Below, piece after piece: positions 8,640 to 18,253 of a stretch of DNA of 64,000 nucleotides; position 1 is the stretch's first letter, and every line of letters starts with the position of its first letter. Location of the stretch: assembly GCA_022792555.1 (NCBI GenBank), contig JAAWBF010000036.1, positions 3,697 to 67,696 of the forward strand. Reading direction: 5' to 3'. Origin of the DNA: Oscillospiraceae bacterium. Lineage in GTDB: Bacteria; Bacillota; Clostridia; Oscillospirales; Oscillospiraceae. Under the pieces are notes generated by a model, which ran no database searches, was not told where the DNA came from, and saw nothing but the letters and a program-made list of their open reading frames with translations. A program made the position numbers and the translations under genes.

Positions 8640-9511
8640 CCCATCAGGAACAGCTGCACGCCGATCAGACCTTGATTGAGTCAACCCTGCGCACCTGCTT
8701 CTCCACCCGCGAGCCCCGCTCGGATCTCTATGACGCCATGCAATACAGCCTTTTGGCCGGTGGGAAGCGGCTGCGTCCCGTGCTGGTGCTGGAGTCCTGC
8801 CGAATGTGCGGCGGCAATCCCGCCGCGGCGCTTCCTTTTGCCTGCGCCATTGAGATGGTCCACACCTATTCTCTCATCCATGATGACCTGCCCTGTATGG
8901 ACGACGACGACCTGCGCCGGGGACAGCCCACCAATCATAAAGTATATGGCGAAGCCACGGCGGTTTTGGCCGGGGATGGGTTATTGACTGCCGCCTTTGA
9001 GATGATGCTTGAGACAAAGGAATTGCCGCAAGATCGCATTCTGGCCGCGGCCGCCTGTCTGGCCCAGGCCGCCGGTGGCCGCGGTATGGTGGGCGGACAG
9101 GCGTTAGATATGGCTGGAGAGGGCCACGCGCTCTCCCTCACGGAGATAGAAGAGCTCCAGCGGCTCAAAACCGGGTCGCTTCTCTCTGCCGCTGCGGAGA
9201 TGGGCTGTCTGCTGGCCGGTGGAACTGCCGAGCAGCAGGCCGGGCTTGCAAAGTACGCCAAACGGCTGGGACTGGCGTTCCAAATCCGGGACGACATTTT
9301 GGATGTAGAGGGGGACTCCGCCACCCTAGGTAAGCCGGTGGGCTCCGATGCACGCAGTGAAAAGACAACCTTTGTCACCCTCAAAGGGCTTAAGGGCTGC
9401 CAGGATCTGGTGGAACAGCTGACCCAAGAGGCTATAGACGCGCTTGCGACTTTGCCGGACAGCCAATTTCTCTGCTGGCTGGCCCAAACCCTGGCGGCCC
9501 GGAATAAATAA
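8636..9511 (+). CDS. ispA: Polyprenyl (farnesyl/geranylgeranyl) diphosphate synthase
   Basis: DDxxD motifs (LIHDDLPCMDDDDLRRG and FQIRDDILD). ATGA overlap with xseB. Confidence 0.9.
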   Translation: MTHQEQLHADQTLIESTLRTCFSTREPRSDLYDAMQYSLLAGGKRLRPVLVLESCRMCGGNPAAALPFACAIEMVHTYSLIHDDLPCMDDDDLRRGQPTNHKVYGEATAVLAGDGLLTAAFEMMLETKELPQDRILAAAACLAQAAGGRGMVGGQALDMAGEGHALSLTEIEELQRLKTGSLLSAAAEMGCLLAGGTAEQQAGLAKYAKRLGLAFQIRDDILDVEGDSATLGKPVGSDARSEKTTFVTLKGLKGCQDLVEQLTQEAIDALATLPDSQFLCWLAQTLAARNK

Positions 9512-9539
9512 TGTGGTGGGGCCGGGGAAGGATGTACAG

Positions 9540-10001
9540 ATGAAAAACGTAGTAAACTTTCTCACCGGCAATCTGATTTTAAACCTCGCCATCGCGGCCT
9601 GGGCCGCCGCTCAGGTTTTGAAGTTTTTGATTGTCCTGATCACAAAGCGCCGTTTGGACTGGAGGCATATTCTCTCCAGCGGCGGGATGCCAAGCTCCCA
9701 CTCGGCTTTTGTTTGCGCCTGTGCGGCAGCGGTGGGATATATGTATGGTTGGTCTTCCCCCATCTTTTCGGTGGCCGCCGTGGTTGCGATTGTGGTGATG
9801 TATGACGCCTCAAATGTCCGGCGGGCGGCGGGGGAGCAGGCCAAGATCTTGAACTACATGATGGAGCACTGGACTGAGATGAAACCGGCGCTCTTTGGCA
9901 AGGAGCTAAAGGAACTGCTGGGGCATACCCCATTTCAGGTCTTAATGGGGGGGGTGCTGGGGGTGGCTATCGGTTGGGGTGGTGCCTGGCTGCTCACCTG
10001 A
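9540..10001 (+). CDS. Divergent PAP2 / DUF212 membrane protein
   Basis: GGMPSSHSA motif and three or four TM segments. ATG 9540 follows GGGGAAGGA. Confidence 0.8.
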   Translation: MKNVVNFLTGNLILNLAIAAWAAAQVLKFLIVLITKRRLDWRHILSSGGMPSSHSAFVCACAAAVGYMYGWSSPIFSVAAVVAIVVMYDASNVRRAAGEQAKILNYMMEHWTEMKPALFGKELKELLGHTPFQVLMGGVLGVAIGWGGAWLLT

Positions 10002-10051
10002 AAATTGATTTGACGGTCTCGATTTCCTTCTACTGGAGGAAAAACGAGACA

Positions 10052-11971
10052 GTGAGTTTGTGGGAAAAAGCACGACGCAAGGCTGGAGGCGGTATCATTC
10101 TAACACTGGATGAAACAATTGACTGCAAATCCCTGACCGATCATGAGGCGGCAGAGCTTTGTACCCTGCTCCGGGCGCGTATTTTGGATACGGTCTCCCG
10201 GACCGGAGGTCATCTGGCCTCCAGTCTTGGAACTGTGGAGCTCACAGTGGCCATTCACCGGGTCTTTGACACGGGCCAGGACCGGCTTGTCTTTGATGTG
10301 GGCCACCAGTGTTATGCCCATAAAATTCTCACCGGACGCAATGGGCTTATGGAGACGCTGCGAACACTGGGTGGAATCGCCGGGTTCCCAAAGCCGAGCG
10401 AGAGCGCCTGTGATGCCTTTGTAGCGGGCCATGCCTCTACCTCTGTCTCTACGGCGGTGGGGATGGCCAGGGCACGCACCCTCCTGCGGGAGGATTACCA
10501 CGTCCTGGCCCTGATTGGGGACGGCGCCCTCACCGGCGGACTGGCCTATGAGGGGCTGTCCGATGCCGGAAACAGTAAGGAGCCGTTGATTGTCATTCTC
10601 AACGACAACGGTATGTCCATCACCAAAAACGTGGGCGGTGTGGCTCAGCACCTGGCCCATCAGCGGCTCAAACCCCAATACCTGCGCTTCAAAGAGGGGT
10701 ACCGCAGGGCCATGCAGGTCATGCCGCTTGGGGGCCAGATCTACCGTGTGACCCATAAGGTCAAAACAGCCATCAAAGAGACCCTGCTGCCGTGCAGTCT
10801 CTTTGAGGATATGGGCTTTCTCTACCTGGGGCCGGTGGACGGGCACGATGTCAAGGGGCTCACCCGTCTTTTGACCTATGTCAAGCAGATCAAGGCCCCG
10901 GTTCTGCTCCACGTACGGACTGTAAAGGGAAAGGGCTATCCACCTGCCGAGCGCAACCCCGATCAGTTCCACGGGGTAGGGAAGTTCTGTATCCAGACTG
11001 GAATCCCCCTTCAGCCCGCCAAGCCGAATTTCTCCAAAGTTATGGGGGAAACCCTGTGTACCCTGGCCCAGCGGGATCAAAAGCTGTGCGCTGTCACGGC
11101 TGCCATGCAGAGCGGAACCGGACTGGACGGCTTTTTTCAGCGATTCCCAGACCGGGCTTTTGATGTGGGAATTGCTGAGGGGCATGCAACCACCCTGGCG
11201 GCGGGGATGGCAAAGCAGGGGATGCACCCTGTCTTTGCAGTCTATTCCAGCTTCCTCCAGCGGGCCTATGATATGCTTCTCCATGATGTGGGGTTATTAG
11301 ATCTCCACGTCGTTTTCTGTGTGGACCGGGCCGGACTGGTGGGAGAGGACGGAGAGACCCATCACGGGGTATTTGACGTGTCCTTTCTGGATACTGTCCC
11401 AGGGATGACCGTCCTGTGCCCCGCCAGCTTTGCCGAGCTGCGCGCTATGCTCCCCTATGCCCTGTACGATCTCCAGGGGCCGGTGGCCATCCGCTATCCA
11501 AGAGGCGGAGAGGGAGCCTATCAGGGCCAGACCAAGCCAGAGGAGACCGCTGTCCTGCGCCGGGGAAGAGATATCACGCTGGCAGGCTATGGGGTTTTGA
11601 TCAATCAGCTTTTAGCGGCAGCGGACCGTCTGGCGGAGCGTGGACTTGAGGCCGAGGTCCTCAAGCTCAACCGGATTACCCCGCTCGATCTCACGCCGGT
11701 TACCCGCTCAGTGTCCCGTACCAAACGGCTGCTGGTTGCGGAGGACTGTGTGTCCGCCGGAGGGGTAGGCCAGCGGCTGGCCGCTGGACTGTTGGCCCAG
11801 GGGATAGTACTTCAGGGGATGGCGCTGGTCAATACAGGGAACCGGTTTATCACCCACGGTACGGTAGCCCAGCTCCAGGCCCTCTGCGGGCTGGATGGAA
11901 GAAATCTGTATTTAAAAGCATTGGAGGTCTGTGCCTGTGGGGAAAAAAAGGCTGGATGTTCTGTTGTGTGA
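10052..11971 (+). CDS. dxs: 1-deoxy-D-xylulose-5-phosphate synthase
   Basis: GHLASSLG, GHQCYAHKILTGR and the TPP motif GDGALTGG...NDN. Start is uncertain: GTG 10052 after GGAGG (10035-10039); the ORF-track start at 9974 overlaps the upstream gene. Confidence 0.92.
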   Translation: MSLWEKARRKAGGGIILTLDETIDCKSLTDHEAAELCTLLRARILDTVSRTGGHLASSLGTVELTVAIHRVFDTGQDRLVFDVGHQCYAHKILTGRNGLMETLRTLGGIAGFPKPSESACDAFVAGHASTSVSTAVGMARARTLLREDYHVLALIGDGALTGGLAYEGLSDAGNSKEPLIVILNDNGMSITKNVGGVAQHLAHQRLKPQYLRFKEGYRRAMQVMPLGGQIYRVTHKVKTAIKETLLPCSLFEDMGFLYLGPVDGHDVKGLTRLLTYVKQIKAPVLLHVRTVKGKGYPPAERNPDQFHGVGKFCIQTGIPLQPAKPNFSKVMGETLCTLAQRDQKLCAVTAAMQSGTGLDGFFQRFPDRAFDVGIAEGHATTLAAGMAKQGMHPVFAVYSSFLQRAYDMLLHDVGLLDLHVVFCVDRAGLVGEDGETHHGVFDVSFLDTVPGMTVLCPASFAELRAMLPYALYDLQGPVAIRYPRGGEGAYQGQTKPEETAVLRRGRDITLAGYGVLINQLLAAADRLAERGLEAEVLKLNRITPLDLTPVTRSVSRTKRLLVAEDCVSAGGVGQRLAAGLLAQGIVLQGMALVNTGNRFITHGTVAQLQALCGLDGRNLYLKALEVCACGEKKAGCSVV

Positions 11972-12743
11972 GCGAGGGCTGGCCGAGAGCCGCCAGCGGG
12001 CCCAAGCCGATATTATGGGCGGCTTTGTCTATGTCAACGGACAGAGGACCCTCAAGGCCGGGACGGCAGTCCCGGAGGAGGCCGAGCTGGAGGTACGCGG
12101 CCGGGCCATTCCCTTCGTGAGCCGGGGCGGACTCAAGCTGGACAAGGCGATCAAATGCTTCGCCATCCCCCTGGAGGGGGTGATCGCCGCCGATATCGGC
12201 GCGTCTACCGGCGGTTTTTCTGACTGTATGCTCCAAAACGGCGCCGCCAAGGTCTACGCCGTGGACACCGGCTATGGCAAGCTAGACTGGAAGATCCGCA
12301 GTGATCCCAGGCTGGTATGCCTGGAGCGCACCAATGCCCGCTATCTGACCCGGGAACAGATCCCAGATCTCCTGGATTTTGCATCAGTGGACGTATCCTT
12401 TATCTCGTTGCGCTTGATCCTTCTCCCGCTACGGGCGCTGATGAAGCCGGAGGGCCGGGTGGTCTGTCTGGTCAAGCCCCAGTTTGAGGCTGGCCGGGAG
12501 AAGGTGGGGAAGAAAGGGGTCGTTCGGGACCCGGCGGTCCACCTGGAGGTGCTGGAGAGATTCCAGCTCCACGCGGCCCAGGCTGGATTTTCCGTGGATG
12601 GGATGAGCTATTCTCCCATCAAGGGGCCAGAGGGCAATATTGAGTATTTGGGCCTGCTCTCTCCCGGAACGGGGGAGCACTGGTCCGGGGATCTGCGTGC
12701 CCTGGTGGCAGCATCTCATCAAGATTTGGAGGGGTTGCAGTGA
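11931..12743 (+). CDS. tlyA: TlyA-family rRNA 2'-O-methyltransferase (S4 domain plus FtsJ-like)
   Basis: RLDVLLCERGLAESRQRAQ (S4) and DIGASTGGF SAM motif. GTG 11931 or GTG 11937 after GGAGG (11923-11927). Overlaps the dxs 3' end. Confidence 0.88.
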   Translation: MPVGKKRLDVLLCERGLAESRQRAQADIMGGFVYVNGQRTLKAGTAVPEEAELEVRGRAIPFVSRGGLKLDKAIKCFAIPLEGVIAADIGASTGGFSDCMLQNGAAKVYAVDTGYGKLDWKIRSDPRLVCLERTNARYLTREQIPDLLDFASVDVSFISLRLILLPLRALMKPEGRVVCLVKPQFEAGREKVGKKGVVRDPAVHLEVLERFQLHAAQAGFSVDGMSYSPIKGPEGNIEYLGLLSPGTGEHWSGDLRALVAASHQDLEGLQ

Positions 12744-13603
12744 ATGTGGTACTTAGCCCCAATCCCTACCGGGACAAGGGACTCAAGACGGCCCAGGCGG
12801 CCAGCCGGATTCTGAAAAACGCCGGGGTTGAGACCTGTATGTGCCTCCCCTTTTCCATTGAGGGTAGCGGAATTGAACTCCCCAAGCATATCGTGTTCCA
12901 CGAGATGGAGGATGCCCTGAGCCGGGCAGATATTTTAATCTGCTTTGGCGGAGATGGCACCATTTTACACGCCGCCAAAGATGCAAATTCCTACGGAGTC
13001 CCTGTTTTAGGGGTCAATCTGGGCAGCGTCGGGTTTATGGCCGAGCTGGAGCAGAGCGAGCTGTCTCTGCTGTCCAAGCTGGCGGTGAAGAAGTACACCA
13101 TTGAGTCCCGGATGATGCTGGATGTGATTGTTCGGCGGGACCATAAGATTATTTTCTCCGATCTCGCCCTCAACGACGCGGTGATTACAAAGGGGGCCGT
13201 GGCCCGTGTGGTAGACCTGGAGGCCTTCAGTGACCGGACCCAGATCACGGGCTTTTCAGGAGACGGGGTGATCATCAGCACCCCCACAGGCTCCACCGCC
13301 TATTCTATGTCGGCGGGTGGTCCCATTGTGGAGCCCACAGCGGAGAATTTTATTGTCACCCCCATCTGTCCTCACGCCATCAACGCCCGCTGCTTTGTCC
13401 TGGGTCACGAGCGGGTGGTCTCAGTCCGTTTGGGACGGATGGCCCGCAAGACGGCCTACCTGTCGGTGGACGGCGGAAAGGCTTTTCGGCTCAACGGCGG
13501 GGACTGGGTAGAGGTACGTATGGCCACCGCCAAAACCCATCTGATCCGGCTGACAGGCCGGAGCTTTTATGACATTATGAACCAGAAGCTTGGGAGGATG
13601 TAG
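12740..13603 (+). CDS. nadK: NAD kinase
   Basis: GGDGT motif (CFGGDGTILHAA) and the NAD kinase C-terminal domain. GTGA overlap with tlyA. Confidence 0.92.
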   Translation: MNVVLSPNPYRDKGLKTAQAASRILKNAGVETCMCLPFSIEGSGIELPKHIVFHEMEDALSRADILICFGGDGTILHAAKDANSYGVPVLGVNLGSVGFMAELEQSELSLLSKLAVKKYTIESRMMLDVIVRRDHKIIFSDLALNDAVITKGAVARVVDLEAFSDRTQITGFSGDGVIISTPTGSTAYSMSAGGPIVEPTAENFIVTPICPHAINARCFVLGHERVVSVRLGRMARKTAYLSVDGGKAFRLNGGDWVEVRMATAKTHLIRLTGRSFYDIMNQKLGRM

Positions 13604-13609
13604 AGGTAA

Positions 13610-14062
13610 ATGAAGACAAAGCGGCAGCAGGAAATCCTGAGCATCATTGAGGGAAAGGATGTAGAGACCCAGGATCAGCTCCTGGCCGAGCTGCGGGAGC
13701 GGGGTTTTCAGTCCACCCAGGCCACCATTTCTAGGGACATCAAGGAGCTTCATCTCATTAAGGAGCTCACCGGCTATGGCACCTATAAATATGTGGTCTC
13801 CGAGCGGCGTAATTCTCTCAATTTTGCGGGCCGCCTGCGGACTATTTTCAAGGAGGGCGTCACCTCCTTCGATGTGGCACAGAATATCGTGGTCCTAAAA
13901 ACCATGCCTGGCCTGGCGATGGCGGCAGGCGCCGCTATTGACGGGATGGAGATCCCAGAACTGGTGGGAAGTCTGGCAGGGGACGACACGGTGATTTTAA
14001 TTATGCGTACCAATGAAACCGCCCTGAGCTTCTGCAATGAACTTCATAAAATGCTGAAATAG
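13610..14062 (+). CDS. argR: Arginine repressor
   Basis: N-terminal winged helix (RQQEILSII...QATISRDIKEL) and C-terminal GDDT motif (SLAGDDTVILIM). Confidence 0.92.
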   Translation: MKTKRQQEILSIIEGKDVETQDQLLAELRERGFQSTQATISRDIKELHLIKELTGYGTYKYVVSERRNSLNFAGRLRTIFKEGVTSFDVAQNIVVLKTMPGLAMAAGAAIDGMEIPELVGSLAGDDTVILIMRTNETALSFCNELHKMLK

Positions 14063-14097
14063 GGGTTCTGGCGCAGGAAATTGAGGTGACAACTGTT

Positions 14098-15792
14098 ATG
14101 CTTTGTGTACTTCATATTGAGAATATCGCGCTCATTGAGTCCGCCGAGATCCAGTTTGACGGCGGATTTAATGTGCTGACTGGTGAGACAGGGGCGGGAA
14201 AATCCATTGTCATCGACTCCATTGGGGCGGTGATTGGCCAGCGGACCAGCCGGGATCTCATCCGCACCGGGGCCAAGTCCGCTCTGGTGAATGCTCAGTT
14301 TACCGATCTCCCCGATCTCCCCTGGTTTCAGGAGAACGGACTGGGCCCGGATGAGGACGGCTGTCTGCTTCTCCAGCGGGAGCTTCACCCAGATGGAAAG
14401 AACGCCTGCCGGCTTAATGGACGGCCCATCACAGTCTCCCAGCTGCGGACTCTGGGCCGCCAGCTCATCAACATTCACGGCCAGCACGACGGCCAGCAGC
14501 TTCTGGACGAGGCCACCCACCTGGGCTATCTGGACAGCTTTGGCCGTACTGGAGTACTTTTGGACGCCTATCGTGTCTCTTATGAAGCCCTCAGTGCCCT
14601 CCAGCGGGAGATCACCGCCCTCCAGATGGACGAGGCGGAGAAATCCAGACGGATAGATAGCCTCCGGTTTCAGATCGGGGAATTGGAGCGGGCTGATCTC
14701 AAGGAGGGGGAGGAGGAGTCCCTTACCGAGCGCCGGGATCTGCTGCGCAACTCCAGCCGGGTCACAGCGGCAGTGGAGGAGGGGCATATGGCCCTCTATG
14801 GCGATGAGGACAGCGCAGGGGCGGTAGCTCTGATCATGGCGGCAGAGGAGGCTATGCGGGAGGGCGGCGCCCTTAGTGAGCGTATGGCCCAGCTTGCCGA
14901 GCAGCTCACCGATCTGCGCTGCACCGCCGAGGATCTGGCGGAACAGGTGCGGGATCTGCGGGACGACTTTGACTTTGAGCCAGGAGAACTGGATGAGCTG
15001 GAGAGCCGGTTAGATGTGATCTACCGGCTAAAGAAAAAGTACGGCAATACCATAGGAGAGATGCTGGATTACCTGGACCGCTGCCGGGAAGAGCTGGACC
15101 GGATAGAGGATGCCGGGGACACCCTGGCCCGTCTGGAGAAGAAGCAGGCCCAGGCGCTGAAAACCGCCAAAAGCCGGGCAAAGGAGCTCTCAGAGGCCAG
15201 AAAGCAGGCGGGGATCGCGCTGGAGGAGCGTATCCGCCGGGAGCTGGCCCAGCTGGACATGCCCAAGGTGCGCTTTCAGGCTGAATTTCAGGAGAAGGCG
15301 GGGGAGTGGGGTCTGGACGCCACCGGCATGGACGAGGTACAGTTTTTGATGTCCGCCAATGTGGGGGAGGCCCTCAAGCCCATCCAAAAGATCGCCTCCG
15401 GCGGTGAGCTGGCCCGGATTATGCTCGCCCTAAAAAATGTACTGGCTGAAACAGAGGCGGTCTCTACCTTGATTTTTGACGAGGTGGACACCGGTGTATC
15501 CGGCCGGGCCGCCCAAAAGGTCGCGGAAAAAATGGCCGATGTAGCCCGGCATAAGCAGGTCCTATGCGTGACCCATTTGCCCCAGATCGCCGCCATGGCG
15601 GATACCCATCTGGCGGTATCCAAGGGGGAGCGGGACGGGCGGACCTTTACCGCCCTTGAGCGTCTGACCACCGAGCGCCGGAAGGAGGAATTGGCCCGGC
15701 TCACCGGCGGCTCCCAGATTACACCCTCTATGCTCGCCGGCGCTGGAGAACTGCTGGACGGTGCGGCGGCCTATAAGCGAGAGCAGCGCTGA
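14098..15792 (+). CDS. recN: DNA repair protein RecN
   Basis: Walker A GETGAGKS, long coiled coil, C-terminal SGGE signature and Walker B (LIFDEVD). ATG 14098 follows GAGGTG. Confidence 0.93.
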   Translation: MLCVLHIENIALIESAEIQFDGGFNVLTGETGAGKSIVIDSIGAVIGQRTSRDLIRTGAKSALVNAQFTDLPDLPWFQENGLGPDEDGCLLLQRELHPDGKNACRLNGRPITVSQLRTLGRQLINIHGQHDGQQLLDEATHLGYLDSFGRTGVLLDAYRVSYEALSALQREITALQMDEAEKSRRIDSLRFQIGELERADLKEGEEESLTERRDLLRNSSRVTAAVEEGHMALYGDEDSAGAVALIMAAEEAMREGGALSERMAQLAEQLTDLRCTAEDLAEQVRDLRDDFDFEPGELDELESRLDVIYRLKKKYGNTIGEMLDYLDRCREELDRIEDAGDTLARLEKKQAQALKTAKSRAKELSEARKQAGIALEERIRRELAQLDMPKVRFQAEFQEKAGEWGLDATGMDEVQFLMSANVGEALKPIQKIASGGELARIMLALKNVLAETEAVSTLIFDEVDTGVSGRAAQKVAEKMADVARHKQVLCVTHLPQIAAMADTHLAVSKGERDGRTFTALERLTTERRKEELARLTGGSQITPSMLAGAGELLDGAAAYKREQR

Positions 15793-16304
15793 TGGAGCCC
15801 GTTTCCCTCTCCTTTGTGTACCGTCGGGAGGACTATGTACGCGCTGTGCGCTTTTATCTGCGCAAGAGCGGCGCGCTGCTCTTTTGGCTGGGACTGCTCT
15901 TAATGATCGCTGTCATGCTACTGGTGGGCGTACTCTTTCATCTGTTCGGCTTTACTCCTATGGCAGCGGTTTTGCTGGCTTTAGCAGGACTGGTTCTAAT
16001 CGTGGATCTTACCGTCTACTGGGTTCTGCCCGGACTTCGGTTTGACCGCAATCCACAGCTCCAGGAAAAGCGAATTCTGCATTTTTCCGTAGAGGATATC
16101 GGAATCCAGGGGGAGCAGGCCGCCGGGTTGGTTCCGTGGAGCTATCAGGCCCTCTGGTCCAGCCGGACAGACTACTACTTAATTCAAAGCCGGCAGGACT
16201 ATCTCATCCTGCCTAGGGATGCCTTTTCCAGTCGAGGGGATCAGCTGCGCTTTGAGCAGATTGTCCAGATGGCAAATCCAGAAATCAGACGAAAGGACTG
16301 GTGA
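15792..16304 (+). CDS. YcxB-like membrane protein
   Basis: Two TM helices followed by a YcxB-like C-terminal segment (YLILPRDAFSS). TGATG overlap with the recN stop. Confidence 0.5.
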   Translation: MEPVSLSFVYRREDYVRAVRFYLRKSGALLFWLGLLLMIAVMLLVGVLFHLFGFTPMAAVLLALAGLVLIVDLTVYWVLPGLRFDRNPQLQEKRILHFSVEDIGIQGEQAAGLVPWSYQALWSSRTDYYLIQSRQDYLILPRDAFSSRGDQLRFEQIVQMANPEIRRKDW

Positions 16305-16307
16305 CTT

Positions 16308-17312
16308 ATGTATCCCAAACATGGGGCCTATCAGGCCATCTCTGCTACGGAAAAGAAGGCGCTCACCCAGGCCATTGGCCGCCAGACCGGGGCAGAGTGG
16401 AAGCGGATGGAGCGTTTTTCCCGCTGGGGCCAGGGACTGGAGACTGCCGTCTATACCATCCAGGGCGCGGAATTTGTCTTTGTCCCTGGCGATGCGGTCA
16501 CGCTGGGCTGGAACGGCTTCCCGTCTGAGCTGGACGAAGCCGCGCAGTCCTTAAAATCCGCCCTGATGGAGGATGTCCAGGAGTACTGGTGTGGTGAGCT
16601 GACGCTGGAAGAGATGCTGGCCGCCTTGACCACTCCTGCGCGGCAGGTGGAGATCCCACCCATGCTGGTGGAGCGCAGGCCCCGCCCTGTAGAGGATGGA
16701 CAGCCGGTTCCATTGGAAGAGCTGGAGCGGGACGAGCGGGTCCGATCCAGCCTGGAGGCGTTTCGCAGAAATCCACGGTCCAGGCAGCTTGTCATGGACA
16801 TGTTCGAGCTGGGACACCCAAAGCTGCGCTTTTCCAAGGAAAGGGACGGCACGATTTCCGCCGAGATCGTTACCCCTATGACCGTTGAGGACCTTCAGGC
16901 CAGACTGGCGGGGGAGGGGTTCACCCTGCCCGATGCCGACCAGTGGGAGTACCTGTGCAGCGGCGGCAGTCAGGCTCTGTTTGCTTGGGGGAACAGCCTG
17001 CGCTTCTGCGGCGGGAAGGGCTGGAAGCAGCAGCCAAACTTTTTTGGCTTGACCATCGCCTTTGACCCTTACAAGCAGGAGATCGTCTGGGACAGCGGCT
17101 GCTGGTACAGAGGTGGGGACGGTGGAGCCATGGAGTGTTATGGCAGCCTGCGTATTCTCAACGATTTTGTCTGCTCGCCCCATTTCTGCGGTAGCTGGGA
17201 CCAGAACGCACTAGAGGATCTGAGGCTGGAGGGGTTGAGCCGGGATTACGACTGCTATCGCCGTGTCCTTGTTTTACCGGAAACGGAGGAAAGCAGTTCG
17301 ATTTTCATGTGA
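16308..17312 (+). CDS. Hypothetical protein with a divergent FGE/SUMF1-like C-terminal region
   Basis: LPDADQWEYLCSGGS..FAWGN....PNFFGL resembles the FGE-sulfatase motif LPTEAEWEYAARGG..YPWG...N.FGL. The rest is unrecognised. Confidence 0.45.
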   Translation: MYPKHGAYQAISATEKKALTQAIGRQTGAEWKRMERFSRWGQGLETAVYTIQGAEFVFVPGDAVTLGWNGFPSELDEAAQSLKSALMEDVQEYWCGELTLEEMLAALTTPARQVEIPPMLVERRPRPVEDGQPVPLEELERDERVRSSLEAFRRNPRSRQLVMDMFELGHPKLRFSKERDGTISAEIVTPMTVEDLQARLAGEGFTLPDADQWEYLCSGGSQALFAWGNSLRFCGGKGWKQQPNFFGLTIAFDPYKQEIVWDSGCWYRGGDGGAMECYGSLRILNDFVCSPHFCGSWDQNALEDLRLEGLSRDYDCYRRVLVLPETEESSSIFM

Positions 17313-17328
17313 TCAAGGAGCGTACACG

Positions 17329-18237
17329 ATGGATGATAGACGTCAGTGGACTGTGACAGAGGAGACAACCCTTCTGCCGTTTTTGCGGTCCAAAATCCAG
17401 GATAAATCCCGTAACACGGTAAAAAATCTGCTCTCCTGCCGTCAAGTGATGGTAGGGGAGCGGATTGTCACCCAATTTGACACACCACTGCACCCAGGGA
17501 CTAAGATAACACTGCTTCCCAAGGCCTCAGCAGGGGCGGTGGAGCTCCCCTTTGCTATTCTCTACGAGGACGCCGATCTGCTGGTGGTAAACAAGCCGGC
17601 AGGGCTTCTATCCATGGGCAATGAGAAGGAGCGGACCCGCACTGCCTACCGAATGGCCTCAAATTACGTCAAGGCGCGGACACCGGGCAGACGGATTTTT
17701 ATTGTCCACCGCCTGGACCGGGATACCTCCGGCGTCCTGCTCTTCGCTAAGAACGAGCGGATGAAGCACAGGCTCCAGGACAACTGGGAGACGCTGGTTA
17801 AACGGCGGGGCTACCTAGCGGTTGTGGAGGGACATCTCCCCCAGCAGGAGGGAACTGTCACCTCCTATCTGCGTGAAACTTCTACCCATCTGGTCTATTC
17901 TGCCCCGCCCGGACGGGACGCCAAACAGGCCGTCACCCGCTACCGGACCGCCGCCCAGGCCAAGGGCTACACTTTGGTTGAGCTTGACTTGGAGACGGGC
18001 CGGAAGAATCAGATTCGGGTTCATATGCAGGACCTGGGCTGTCCCATTGCGGGAGACAGAAGCTATGGAGCCAAGACAGACCCCTTTGGCCGTCTGGCGC
18101 TCTACGCCCATGTCCTCGCCCTGATCGACCCGCGTACCAAAAAGAACATTTCCTTCCAGATCCCGCTGCCGCCAGAGCTGAAAAAACGGTTTCCTGGGAC
18201 GGCGATCCATCTAGCAGAAGATCAGACCTGTCAATAG
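17329..18237 (+). CDS. RluA-family pseudouridine synthase
   Basis: S4-like N-terminus and catalytic HRLDRDTSGVLLFAK motif. ATG 17329 follows AAGGAG (17314-17319). Confidence 0.9.
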   Translation: MDDRRQWTVTEETTLLPFLRSKIQDKSRNTVKNLLSCRQVMVGERIVTQFDTPLHPGTKITLLPKASAGAVELPFAILYEDADLLVVNKPAGLLSMGNEKERTRTAYRMASNYVKARTPGRRIFIVHRLDRDTSGVLLFAKNERMKHRLQDNWETLVKRRGYLAVVEGHLPQQEGTVTSYLRETSTHLVYSAPPGRDAKQAVTRYRTAAQAKGYTLVELDLETGRKNQIRVHMQDLGCPIAGDRSYGAKTDPFGRLALYAHVLALIDPRTKKNISFQIPLPPELKKRFPGTAIHLAEDQTCQ

Positions 18238-18253
18238 AAGGAGGAAACGACTG

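Noticed and set aside
10100-11284. 394-aa minus-strand ORF.
   Set aside because: Entirely antisense to dxs, whose TPP motifs are unambiguous. No RBS. A GC-rich antisense-frame artefact.
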